Shown here piece by piece: positions 36,876 to 44,706 of a stretch of DNA of 64,000 nt. The translations under genes and the position numbers were made by a program. Numbering within the stretch: position 1 is the stretch's first letter; each line of letters opens with the position of its first letter. The stretch is from positions 4,160,001 to 4,224,000 of the forward strand of contig OY760937.1 of the NCBI GenBank assembly GCA_963664225.1, read 5' to 3'. Origin of the DNA: Verrucomicrobiia bacterium. GTDB lineage: Bacteria; Verrucomicrobiota; Verrucomicrobiia; Limisphaerales; UBA1319. Under the pieces are notes generated by a model, which was not told the origin of the DNA, made no database searches, and saw nothing but the letters and a program-made list of their open reading frames with translations.

Positions 36876-37862
36876 ATGATGAAAACATGTAAAACTCGAA
36901 TTGGTATGATTATAAACAAGCGGTTCCTCATGGGGCTTTCCCTTGCGGTTGCCGCGATGTACCTGAGTAATGAGGTGGATGCGGTGCAATCGCCGGTGAA
37001 CCTTGGAACGGCAGGCAATTTTGCGATTCTGGCAAAATCAGGAATCTCAACAGTTCCTAATTCCGCGATTACTGGAGATATTGGAGTTAGTCCGATTGGC
37101 GCGACTGGCGTCACTGGATTTTCACTAATCCTTACCGCATCCAGTCCATTTGCGACCTCAACGCAGGTTACCGGAAAAGTTTACACGCCGGATTATGCGG
37201 ATCCAACCCCATCCAGGCTGACCACGGCCATTGGCGATATGCAAACCGCATTTACGGACGCCGCCGGACGAACCACGCCTGATTTCATCGAGTTGGGATC
37301 GGGTGAGATTGGCGGGCGAACGCTTGTGCCCGGTCTATACAAGTGGGGCACGGATGTCATGATATCATCGGATGTCACTCTAAACGGTGGACCTAACGAT
37401 GTCTGGGTATTCCAAATATCAGGCGGTATAACCGTCGCAAACGGTAAGAAAGTCATTCTTTCGGGCGGTGCGCAGGCCAAGAACATCTTTTGGCAGTCCT
37501 TCGGTGTTGTCTCCATTGGAACAACCGCTCACTTTGAGGGGATTGTCCTTTCTCAAACATCCATCAGCGTTGGCACTGGCGCATCGGTGAATGGCCGACT
37601 GCTGGCACAAACTGCGGTGACTCTTAATGCGAGTAACGTTACGGCTCCAACAGCAGCAGTTGCATCTCTCATATTGCAATCATCGGAATCCGTCACGGGT
37701 CCGTTCACGGACGCGGCGGGTCAGACCCTGAATCTTGCGACAAAGACAATATCAGCCCCTGCATCGGGTAATATGCATTATTACCGTATTCGTTCAGGAA
37801 CAGCTCTAAACATTGCAAGCATCACCATCTCAGGTGGCAATGTGGTAATAATCTACAATTAA
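36876..37862 (+). CDS. Ice-binding protein (DUF3494/IBP-1 family), secreted
   Basis: VNLGTAGNFAILAKSGIST, ITGDIGVSP, AIGDMQTAFTDAAGR, TLVPGLYKW, VWVFQI, GGAQAKNIFWQ and GRLLAQTAVTL motifs. Confidence 0.93.
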   Translation: MMKTCKTRIGMIINKRFLMGLSLAVAAMYLSNEVDAVQSPVNLGTAGNFAILAKSGISTVPNSAITGDIGVSPIGATGVTGFSLILTASSPFATSTQVTGKVYTPDYADPTPSRLTTAIGDMQTAFTDAAGRTTPDFIELGSGEIGGRTLVPGLYKWGTDVMISSDVTLNGGPNDVWVFQISGGITVANGKKVILSGGAQAKNIFWQSFGVVSIGTTAHFEGIVLSQTSISVGTGASVNGRLLAQTAVTLNASNVTAPTAAVASLILQSSESVTGPFTDAAGQTLNLATKTISAPASGNMHYYRIRSGTALNIASITISGGNVVIIYN

Positions 37863-38234
37863 GGAAGTATTTCGGTTTCGTAGTGGCAGGCAGGCAATGA
37901 GGCGCGCACTACGGGACATGTCCTCGTTGCCTCATGGGCGACCAAAGGAACGGACCTCGGATGTTCGTTCACAGTTTTTCAAGATCCCTTCTCCAGTCAT
38001 TTTCTCCTGGGAAATCCCCCGCGCACGTTTTTAGATTTCCATTGTCTCTTTCCCTGGCACGCTGAAAGCCCCGGACTCCCATAAATCTTTTCCGATTCTA
38101 TTTTTCTGGATTATTCCATTAATCTGCGAATTTTCGTCCTGCACCCCGACCTTACACTGCAAATGGTTGGCCATATGACACGGGGTTTATTAGCATGCGC
38201 CACCATGCAAGGTTCACATTAACCGCGGGTCCAT

Positions 38235-39563
38235 ATGAAGGGGATTGTCGAAGACGCTTTTCAGGCAGAGCGGCAGATTACGCATCAGGCGTGCGGACAC
38301 ATGCTGACCAATACTGGCGTGTGGTCGCCGGATGGGCAGTGGATCGTATATGACGTTCGCGCTTCGGACGCGGTCTTTGACGGGACACGTATCGAATGCG
38401 TGCATGGTCAAAGCCGCGAGATGCGTTTGCTCTACGAATCCCGCCACGAAGCGGCCTGCGGAGTCGTCACGTTCCATCCGCAAAAAAATCAGGTGGTGTT
38501 TATCCATGGGCCGGAACACCCAGATAAGGAGTGGAGCTACGGGGCCTGTCATCGGCGTGGGGTGTTAGTGGATTGCAATAAGCCAGGTGCCGCGCGGAAT
38601 CTGGACGCCTGCAACATCGTGCCTCCGTTTACTGCCGGGGCGTTGCGGGGGGGCTCGCATGTGCATGTGTTCAGCGGAGACGGGAAATGGGTCAGCTTCA
38701 CGTATGAAGACCATGTGCTCGCGCCATTCGCCACTGAAACACCGGCACAAGACATGAACCTGCGGACGATTGGGGTGAGTGTTCCAGCGGGGGCGGTTCA
38801 GGTGCCCAGAAGTTACCCGCGCAATCACGATGGGGCGTTTTTTTCTGTGCTCGCCGTTCGCGTTACCGCTCATCCCAGACCCGGTTCGGATGAAATCATG
38901 CGCGCCTGTGAGGAAGGCTGGGTGGGCACGAACGGTTACCGTAAACCGGACGGCAGCTGGCAAAACAAGTCCCTTGCGTTTCAGGGGCATGTGGTCACAT
39001 CCAAGGGGCAAACGATCTCAGAAGTGTTCCTGGTCGATTTACCTGAGGATATGACGCGTCCCGGCGAGGGTCCACTGGAGGGAACGTCCACGCGACGGCC
39101 TTTTCCGCCGCGAGGTGCGGAGCAGCGCCGACTCACGTTCACCGAAGACCGCGTGCATCCCGGATTGCAGGGGCCGAGGCATTGGTTGCGCAGTTCGCCA
39201 GATGGCACGCGCATCGGTTTTCTCATGAAGGACAACGCGGGCATTGTGCAGCTCTGGACTATTTCACCAAATGGCGGAGAGCCAGTTCAAGTAACGGATC
39301 TGCCCTGGAGCATTGCCTCGGCATTTTCGTGGAGTCCGGCTGGTGCGCGTGTTGCGTTTATTGCCGACCAGAGCGTGATGGAAGTGGCAGTGGATACCGG
39401 GCGTTGCGCGCGATTGACTCCTCGCGGCACCGAAGAGGGCGCGCCGCTGCCATTTGCGTGCGTTTATTCACCCGACGGCCACAGTGTTGCGTATCTACGT
39501 CCTGTTGCGACGGGAGCGGAGAAGTGGAACCAGATTTTTTGTGTGAATACCGGGCGCGTGTGA
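38235..39563 (+). CDS. DUF3748 / YidR-like beta-propeller protein
   Basis: LTNTGVWSPDGQWIVYDVR, VFIHGPE, GALRGGSHVHVFS and PRHWLRSSPDG resemble E. coli YidR. Confidence 0.85.
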   Translation: MKGIVEDAFQAERQITHQACGHMLTNTGVWSPDGQWIVYDVRASDAVFDGTRIECVHGQSREMRLLYESRHEAACGVVTFHPQKNQVVFIHGPEHPDKEWSYGACHRRGVLVDCNKPGAARNLDACNIVPPFTAGALRGGSHVHVFSGDGKWVSFTYEDHVLAPFATETPAQDMNLRTIGVSVPAGAVQVPRSYPRNHDGAFFSVLAVRVTAHPRPGSDEIMRACEEGWVGTNGYRKPDGSWQNKSLAFQGHVVTSKGQTISEVFLVDLPEDMTRPGEGPLEGTSTRRPFPPRGAEQRRLTFTEDRVHPGLQGPRHWLRSSPDGTRIGFLMKDNAGIVQLWTISPNGGEPVQVTDLPWSIASAFSWSPAGARVAFIADQSVMEVAVDTGRCARLTPRGTEEGAPLPFACVYSPDGHSVAYLRPVATGAEKWNQIFCVNTGRV

Positions 39564-39611
39564 TGGCGGCGAATGCGTTCCGGCCTTATCTGGAGCGCAC
39601 GGAATCAAGAA

Positions 39612-40286
39612 TCACAGACTCTCGATGCTTCGCACATACTTCGAGAAGCGCGTCAGGCGGAAGGGGAACTTCCCGGCAATCTCCGCTGCATCATCCGCAT
39701 CCGTGGGATCGTATTTTAATTCCAAAACCATCCCGGGATTTGCTGAGTGCATGGGACGCAATGGAACGCTTGAATGCCGGGCGTCCATGGATTCAATCCG
39801 CCAATCGACCGTGAGCCGCACTTTGCGGTCGCCACTGCAAAAATAGCGTCGGCGGTAACGGTTCGCGACCCAGGGCACATGCTCGCGCATTTGGTAGCGC
39901 ACCATGGCGGGCAAAGCGCCCAGTGCCTTCTCAAACTGCGCGCGGTCGAATTCGCCGTCGAGGTCCAAAGCGGGCAGGGGATAAGTCACCTTTCGTCCCA
40001 CGGCGCCATGGCGAATCTTGAACTCCAGCGCGGGATGTTCATTCTCCCCGTGGAAATCTCCATACCAGCGCACGCGGATTTTCACACGGTTGGCCGCGCC
40101 GTTCACGTGGTCCGTATAATGGCGCAGATCCTGGGTATCGAAGTAGAGATTATTCACGCAGCGCTCAGGATAGACTTCACGAAAAAGTGCCGGATGGCGG
40201 CGCACCAGCCCCAGTAATGATTCCTGGGTGAATCCGTCGGGAACGAACTTTCGCTCGTAGCGCAGTAATGGAATTTTGTTCATCAT
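39612..40286 (-). CDS. VTC (polyphosphate polymerase, CYTH-like) domain protein
   Basis: RYERKF, NLYFDT, KIRVRWYG, LEFKIR, VRLTVD, VLELKY and FSKY motifs. Confidence 0.85.
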   Translation of the reverse strand: MMNKIPLLRYERKFVPDGFTQESLLGLVRRHPALFREVYPERCVNNLYFDTQDLRHYTDHVNGAANRVKIRVRWYGDFHGENEHPALEFKIRHGAVGRKVTYPLPALDLDGEFDRAQFEKALGALPAMVRYQMREHVPWVANRYRRRYFCSGDRKVRLTVDWRIESMDARHSSVPLRPMHSANPGMVLELKYDPTDADDAAEIAGKFPFRLTRFSKYVRSIESL

Positions 40287-40297
40287 CTCAAGACCTC

Positions 40298-40984
40298 TCA
40301 CAAGGCCAGACCGCGCTCCTCCAGATAGCTCACCGTGACCTGACCATTCAACTCGCGCAGCGACCGGTTGAAATCCTCCATCTGGTTGACCCCTTCAAAA
40401 TCCACAAGGAAGGAGGCCTCCAATCTGTCCGGCGTTTCGTCCAAACGCTTCAGGCTCGCCTTGGCGCCGGATTCCTTGAACGCTTCGAGTATTTGTCCGG
40501 CGGTGACCTTGTCAGGCCCAGGACTGCTCACGGTGAGATAGAGGTTGGGCTGCGCGGGAGTGCGGCGGAAAAAGTGTTGCACCCCCACAATCAGAAGGAT
40601 GATCGCACAGGCGGCGCAGGTGATCAGCGTCTGATCAGCGCCAAGGCCCAGGCCAATGCTGATGGCCAGAAACAGGTAGGCCAGTTCCTCAGGCTCCTTG
40701 ATGGCGGCACGAAAGCGGACGATCGAGAGCGCGCCCACGAGGCCCAGCGAAAGCGCCAGCGAAGATTTTACGATGCTGATGATCAAGGTGGTGGTCAGCG
40801 TGAGCAAAAGGAAATTCCGCGCAAAGGCCCTGCGATTCGACAGCGCATGACCAAACCGGATGTAAGCCTGGCCGACCAGAAACGCCATTACGGCGGCCAA
40901 TACGAGATTAAGGGCGAAACCTGGAAGCGCGGTGGTTGTGCCCATGGTCCAGAATTGATTCATGGTTAATGAGTTTGTTTGCAT
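40298..40984 (-). CDS. DUF4956 membrane protein
   Basis: SLALSLGLVGALSIVRFRAAIKEP and YLFLAISIGLGLG motifs; ACT-like C-terminus. Confidence 0.88.
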   Translation of the reverse strand: MQTNSLTMNQFWTMGTTTALPGFALNLVLAAVMAFLVGQAYIRFGHALSNRRAFARNFLLLTLTTTLIISIVKSSLALSLGLVGALSIVRFRAAIKEPEELAYLFLAISIGLGLGADQTLITCAACAIILLIVGVQHFFRRTPAQPNLYLTVSSPGPDKVTAGQILEAFKESGAKASLKRLDETPDRLEASFLVDFEGVNQMEDFNRSLRELNGQVTVSYLEERGLAL

Positions 40985-41041
40985 GCGTGCGTTATTGTGA
41001 TTTTGTAATTACTCGGCGGCTATACATCCCGGGCCTCACCA

Positions 41042-42847
41042 TTAAAAAGGCATTTCTTCCATTGGCGGTCCGAAATCCTGGTCATCATCGGGACCACCCG
41101 GCATGCCACCTCCGGGAGGGGGTCCGCCTCCTGGAGGTCCACCACCGGGCGGCCCGAAACCTCCGCGCTCGATGATCATTCCCGTGGATTTGCCGGCCAG
41201 TTGTTCAGCTACAGAGGCGGCGCGTTTCGTGATAAAGAGCTTGGTTTGACTGGGCGTTCCCCCGAATGGGCCAAAGCCTCTGAAGGGGTTGTTATCGTTT
41301 GAATCGGCGGGAATTGGCTTATCGGAAACCGCCTGCTCGAACCGCTTGAGTCTTGCCTCAGATTCCTCTTTTACAGTGGGGCGGACCAGCCCGGCGATTT
41401 GATCCAATTGGCGTTGCACCTTTTCAGGCTGATACACGGTATCAAGGAATTGGCGATGGTAGCCCAAATAGAGTGATTTAAATTTTTCGAAGGCGAGCAT
41501 GCGTTCCAATAATTTATTTTTCCCCACATAAGGATGAACCAGACTGAGGTTGATGCGCCCTTCAGCAGATCCGATCATGGGGAAATCGCCGAAGGAGTGG
41601 TCCAGGTCCCACGGCATGAACTTGAACTTGTTCGAAACCGGATGGAGATAGATATAGTAGTTCTGTCCCTGTGCCAGAATGCTGTCCATGGTGGAGAGAT
41701 AAACGGTGACGGCCAGGAAACGCGCGAATTCGTCCAAGTCCAGGAAATCCCCAATCCTGGCCTGAAACGTCGCATCATCGGCGCTCGAAACCAGTTTCGC
41801 CATCTCGATTACCCGGCGCTGCTGTTCCGGGTAGGCGCGCGTCTTGGGATCATAAATCCCCGCGTAGGCCGACCAGTCTTCGCCCAGATACTCAAAGAGT
41901 TTGGGCGTCACGGGTTTCATGATCAACCCCTGCTTCAGGCCAAAGCGTGAAATGGCATACATTGCATCCACGTTTTCCACCATGACATAGAGGCCCAGAA
42001 GCTGGTGATCGTATTTGCCGGGGACAGTGAGATAAATTTTCGCGTGGGCGGTTCGAGGGGATGGCACACCGGCTTCGCGAAACAGTTGATACGACAAGGT
42101 ATCGCTCACGCAGGATGGATCGGCCACCAAATTGCCGAAGTTCAGCTTCGTGACTCCCAGCAAATTCTGGCCACGAACGTTCTTGTCCAAATCGATCTTC
42201 AAGGGGCGTTTTAATTGTCGCTGGGATCCCATATAAGTGCCGTTGCCCTTGTAACGAACTGCGACGTTTTCAAACTTCAGCCCATCGAATTCCAGGTCGG
42301 CTTTGGCCCACACAAAATCGATCCCCAACATGCCTGCCAGGCCATTGCGTTTTGCGTTGGGATTGCGGAGCGTCATTCCCCCTCCATCATCCCCGCCGGG
42401 AGGGCCTCCGCGCTGTGGACCACCCATCTGACCGCCGGGACCGCCCACCATCGGCCCACTGGGTCCATTCGTTGAACTGCGCATTGGATTACCCGGTCCC
42501 GCCATGGGACCCCCAAAACCGCCGGGACGACCAGGTCCACCCATTGGACCACTCATTGACCCACCCATTGGTCCGCCCGGGCCTCCGGGACCGCCAAATC
42601 CTCCAAAACCGCCTTGAATACGTTTGGGTTCCATGGCCGCCCATTGCTCGGCGGTGAATATTAAATGAACATTCCAGACATTGGTTTCCTGGAATAAGGG
42701 CGCCGCTGCTGCCGCCAGGGCCAATTGCCGGCCGCCAGCCTGCGATATTCCAGGAAACAATAGCTCCACCAGCAGAACGAAACATACGCTCTGCCACAGG
42801 CGGCACGACCGTCCCGCCATCCCTGACCTTTGGAAAGGGTGGATCAT
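41042..42847 (-). CDS. CotH-family kinase, secreted, with Gly/Pro/Met-rich insertions
   Basis: VRYKGNGT, KRPLKIDLD, GLYVMVENVD, NYYIY and PWDLDHSFG motifs; start uncertain (42847 chosen). Confidence 0.88.
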   Translation of the reverse strand: MIHPFQRSGMAGRSCRLWQSVCFVLLVELLFPGISQAGGRQLALAAAAAPLFQETNVWNVHLIFTAEQWAAMEPKRIQGGFGGFGGPGGPGGPMGGSMSGPMGGPGRPGGFGGPMAGPGNPMRSSTNGPSGPMVGGPGGQMGGPQRGGPPGGDDGGGMTLRNPNAKRNGLAGMLGIDFVWAKADLEFDGLKFENVAVRYKGNGTYMGSQRQLKRPLKIDLDKNVRGQNLLGVTKLNFGNLVADPSCVSDTLSYQLFREAGVPSPRTAHAKIYLTVPGKYDHQLLGLYVMVENVDAMYAISRFGLKQGLIMKPVTPKLFEYLGEDWSAYAGIYDPKTRAYPEQQRRVIEMAKLVSSADDATFQARIGDFLDLDEFARFLAVTVYLSTMDSILAQGQNYYIYLHPVSNKFKFMPWDLDHSFGDFPMIGSAEGRINLSLVHPYVGKNKLLERMLAFEKFKSLYLGYHRQFLDTVYQPEKVQRQLDQIAGLVRPTVKEESEARLKRFEQAVSDKPIPADSNDNNPFRGFGPFGGTPSQTKLFITKRAASVAEQLAGKSTGMIIERGGFGPPGGGPPGGGPPPGGGMPGGPDDDQDFGPPMEEMPF

Positions 42848-42851
42848 GCCG

Positions 42852-42883
42852 TTAGTGACCCCCCAGGTGGCATTCAGGTTACA
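42852..42883 (-). promoter_or_regulatory. Candidate ECF-sigma promoter of the CotH operon
   Basis: Minus strand TGTAAC-N17-GGTCACTAA just upstream of ATG 42847. Confidence 0.3.
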
Positions 42884-43246
42884 AACAGGTGACCTTTTTT
42901 TGTGAGCGGGGTATTGCAGCGGTCCATCTCCAGCGCCAATGGCCTGCTGTGTGCAACCTGTTGACCGGGCCGATGGCCATTTGATGCACATGGACGTGTT
43001 TTAGGGCGAGAGTTGAAGATCGTCGCACCTGACGACCTCAAGGCCCGCCACACACTTGCCGAACGCGACGCAGTGTGAATCGCTGAGAGCGAGATTCAGA
43101 CTGAAGGGGGCAACGCGCGAGTCCAACTGCCGCGCTGGTCTGCGGGTGTCGAGGAGTTGACGCCGTGAAAGGGCATTCGTGATTGCCATGTGCCTTCACT
43201 GGTTCCGCAATAGCGGCCTTCTGGCGAAAGCGTGATTTGAACAGGT

Positions 43247-43699
43247 CTATTGCACAGAAACGGCATGAGCCGCGTTCTGGTTTTGAGTGGAAACCTCGTC
43301 GATGAAAGTTGCGGCTGGCAGCATGAATGGCCCATTCGGGCCACGACCGGTGATTTGGAGCACCATTTCGCGGGCGGCTCCATAAAGCAAAGCGGGCGCA
43401 TTAGCCATGACTAACGTCTTGATATGTTCTTCCTTGATTGCGGGCGACACCTCAAAAAAACCAAGAAGGTCCATTTCAATCAAATAAGGACAATTTCCCC
43501 GGCCATCAGGCTGGCAGGAAATATGCAAACCGACGCGCCAGTCACGGATGTTCGCTTTGTTTTGGGCGTGATGAACTTTCGTCGTTAGACGCATGCCGCC
43601 GGAAGCAGCAGGAAGATTTGCCGCTGGATTGGGCGGAATGGCTTTCACAACCAGTTCTGTGAGGAAATATTTCTTAAGCTGCAGCGGGGACAGTTTCAT
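43247..43699 (-). CDS. SecB-like chaperone (TAC chaperone)
   Basis: SPLQLKKY, GFFEV and NAPALLYGAAREMVLQITGRGP...LP..TF match the SecB core pattern. Confidence 0.85.
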   Translation of the reverse strand: MKLSPLQLKKYFLTELVVKAIPPNPAANLPAASGGMRLTTKVHHAQNKANIRDWRVGLHISCQPDGRGNCPYLIEMDLLGFFEVSPAIKEEHIKTLVMANAPALLYGAAREMVLQITGRGPNGPFMLPAATFIDEVSTQNQNAAHAVSVQ

Positions 43700-44096
43700 T
43701 TTTCAACTCCGACTTCTGTGCTTTGACTTCGCGATAATCATCATCCGTCCAAAACTGTGCGTAGGATTTCTCGGGTTCTTTTGGAAGGAAATGGAGCCAG
43801 CTGCATTCATACTCTTTGGGGGTGAGATGAACGTTCAGTTGATAACCCAAGGCATCGGATAATTTAACCATTGTCTCAATGGTGCAATTTGAACCGCGAA
43901 ACACCCGGGTGAGAAATTGCTTGGATACGTTCGCCTTGGCGGAAAACTGCACCTGATTCAAACCGCGATGTTCCATCGCCTGCCAAAGCTCGTCGGAAAA
44001 GGATTCCTTAACGTACTCGATACGGTAATCCAAGCTCTCCCGGGCGGTGTCCAACTGTTGTTGGAGGGATAAATATTTTACAGTGGGGATTTTCAT
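43674..44096 (-). CDS. XRE-HTH antitoxin (HigA-like) with C-terminal extension
   Basis: HTH GLNQVQFSAKANVSKQFLTRVFRG-N-TIETMVKLSDALG; ATGA overlap with the toxin stop; aromatic/acidic tail. Confidence 0.85.
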   Translation of the reverse strand: MKIPTVKYLSLQQQLDTARESLDYRIEYVKESFSDELWQAMEHRGLNQVQFSAKANVSKQFLTRVFRGSNCTIETMVKLSDALGYQLNVHLTPKEYECSWLHFLPKEPEKSYAQFWTDDDYREVKAQKSELKNETVPAAA

Positions 44097-44494
44097 GGCT
44101 GGGATTTCTCTTGCTCGTAATACAACCGGCGTCGCTCTTGTGCGCGCTCGATTTCGCTGGTCGGTGTTGTCTCTTTCTTTTTCGTGAAAGCGTGAGTGCA
44201 AATAATCAAAGCATTTTCGTCCTCATCAAAGAACCAAAGTATCCTCGTGCCGCCCCGCGCTTTGAATTCGCAAATCGGCTTGGCCGCGTTGCCTTTCAGA
44301 CGCTTTGTCTTAAAGTCATTCCAGACCACGCCATGTCGGGCTGTTTTGTCCAACAACGCCAAAAGCTGATGGAAGTCTTTGTTGCCAGTGCGTCGCAGCG
44401 TGTCCAGAAAAGGGGCGACATCATACTTGGCCTGCTGGCAATCGGTCAGCAGGATGCGGTGCGCATCACCAGGTAAATATTCGACCAAAGTCAC
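44093..44494 (-). CDS. RelE/HigB superfamily toxin (Gp49-like)
   Basis: KRLKG...ICEFK...RILWF...THAFTKK..TP..EIERA pattern. Confidence 0.88.
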   Translation of the reverse strand: MTLVEYLPGDAHRILLTDCQQAKYDVAPFLDTLRRTGNKDFHQLLALLDKTARHGVVWNDFKTKRLKGNAAKPICEFKARGGTRILWFFDEDENALIICTHAFTKKKETTPTSEIERAQERRRLYYEQEKSQP

Positions 44495-44499
44495 AAAAA

Positions 44500-44517
44500 G
44501 TAAACTTTAAAAGTTAC
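44500..44517. promoter_or_regulatory. Candidate TA autoregulatory operator
   Basis: AACTTT-A-AAAGTT core within GTAAACTTTAAAAGTTAC, 5 bp upstream of the toxin GTG. Confidence 0.45.
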
Positions 44518-44706
44518 CAAAGCGCACAACTCCATTCTGTGAGACGTAAAGGTTTATACGTCAATGAGATGTGCGATAACCTGTCATTGGGACTTGATGG
44601 GCATATGCATAATGCGAAAATCCAAACCGGTAAATCAAAAACATCGGCACTTGACCGATCATCGCATGTTCAGAAAGGTCCCATTGCAGCCCGGACGGTT
44701 GTTTAT

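Noticed and set aside
37889..37980. Hairpins downstream of the ice-binding gene as attC site or ncRNA
   Set aside because: One imperfect stem (GGCAATGAGG/CCTCGTTGCC); no convincing attC boxes and no integrase.
43001..43246. Riboswitch upstream of the CotH operon
   Set aside because: Two modest hairpins but no recognisable conserved aptamer.
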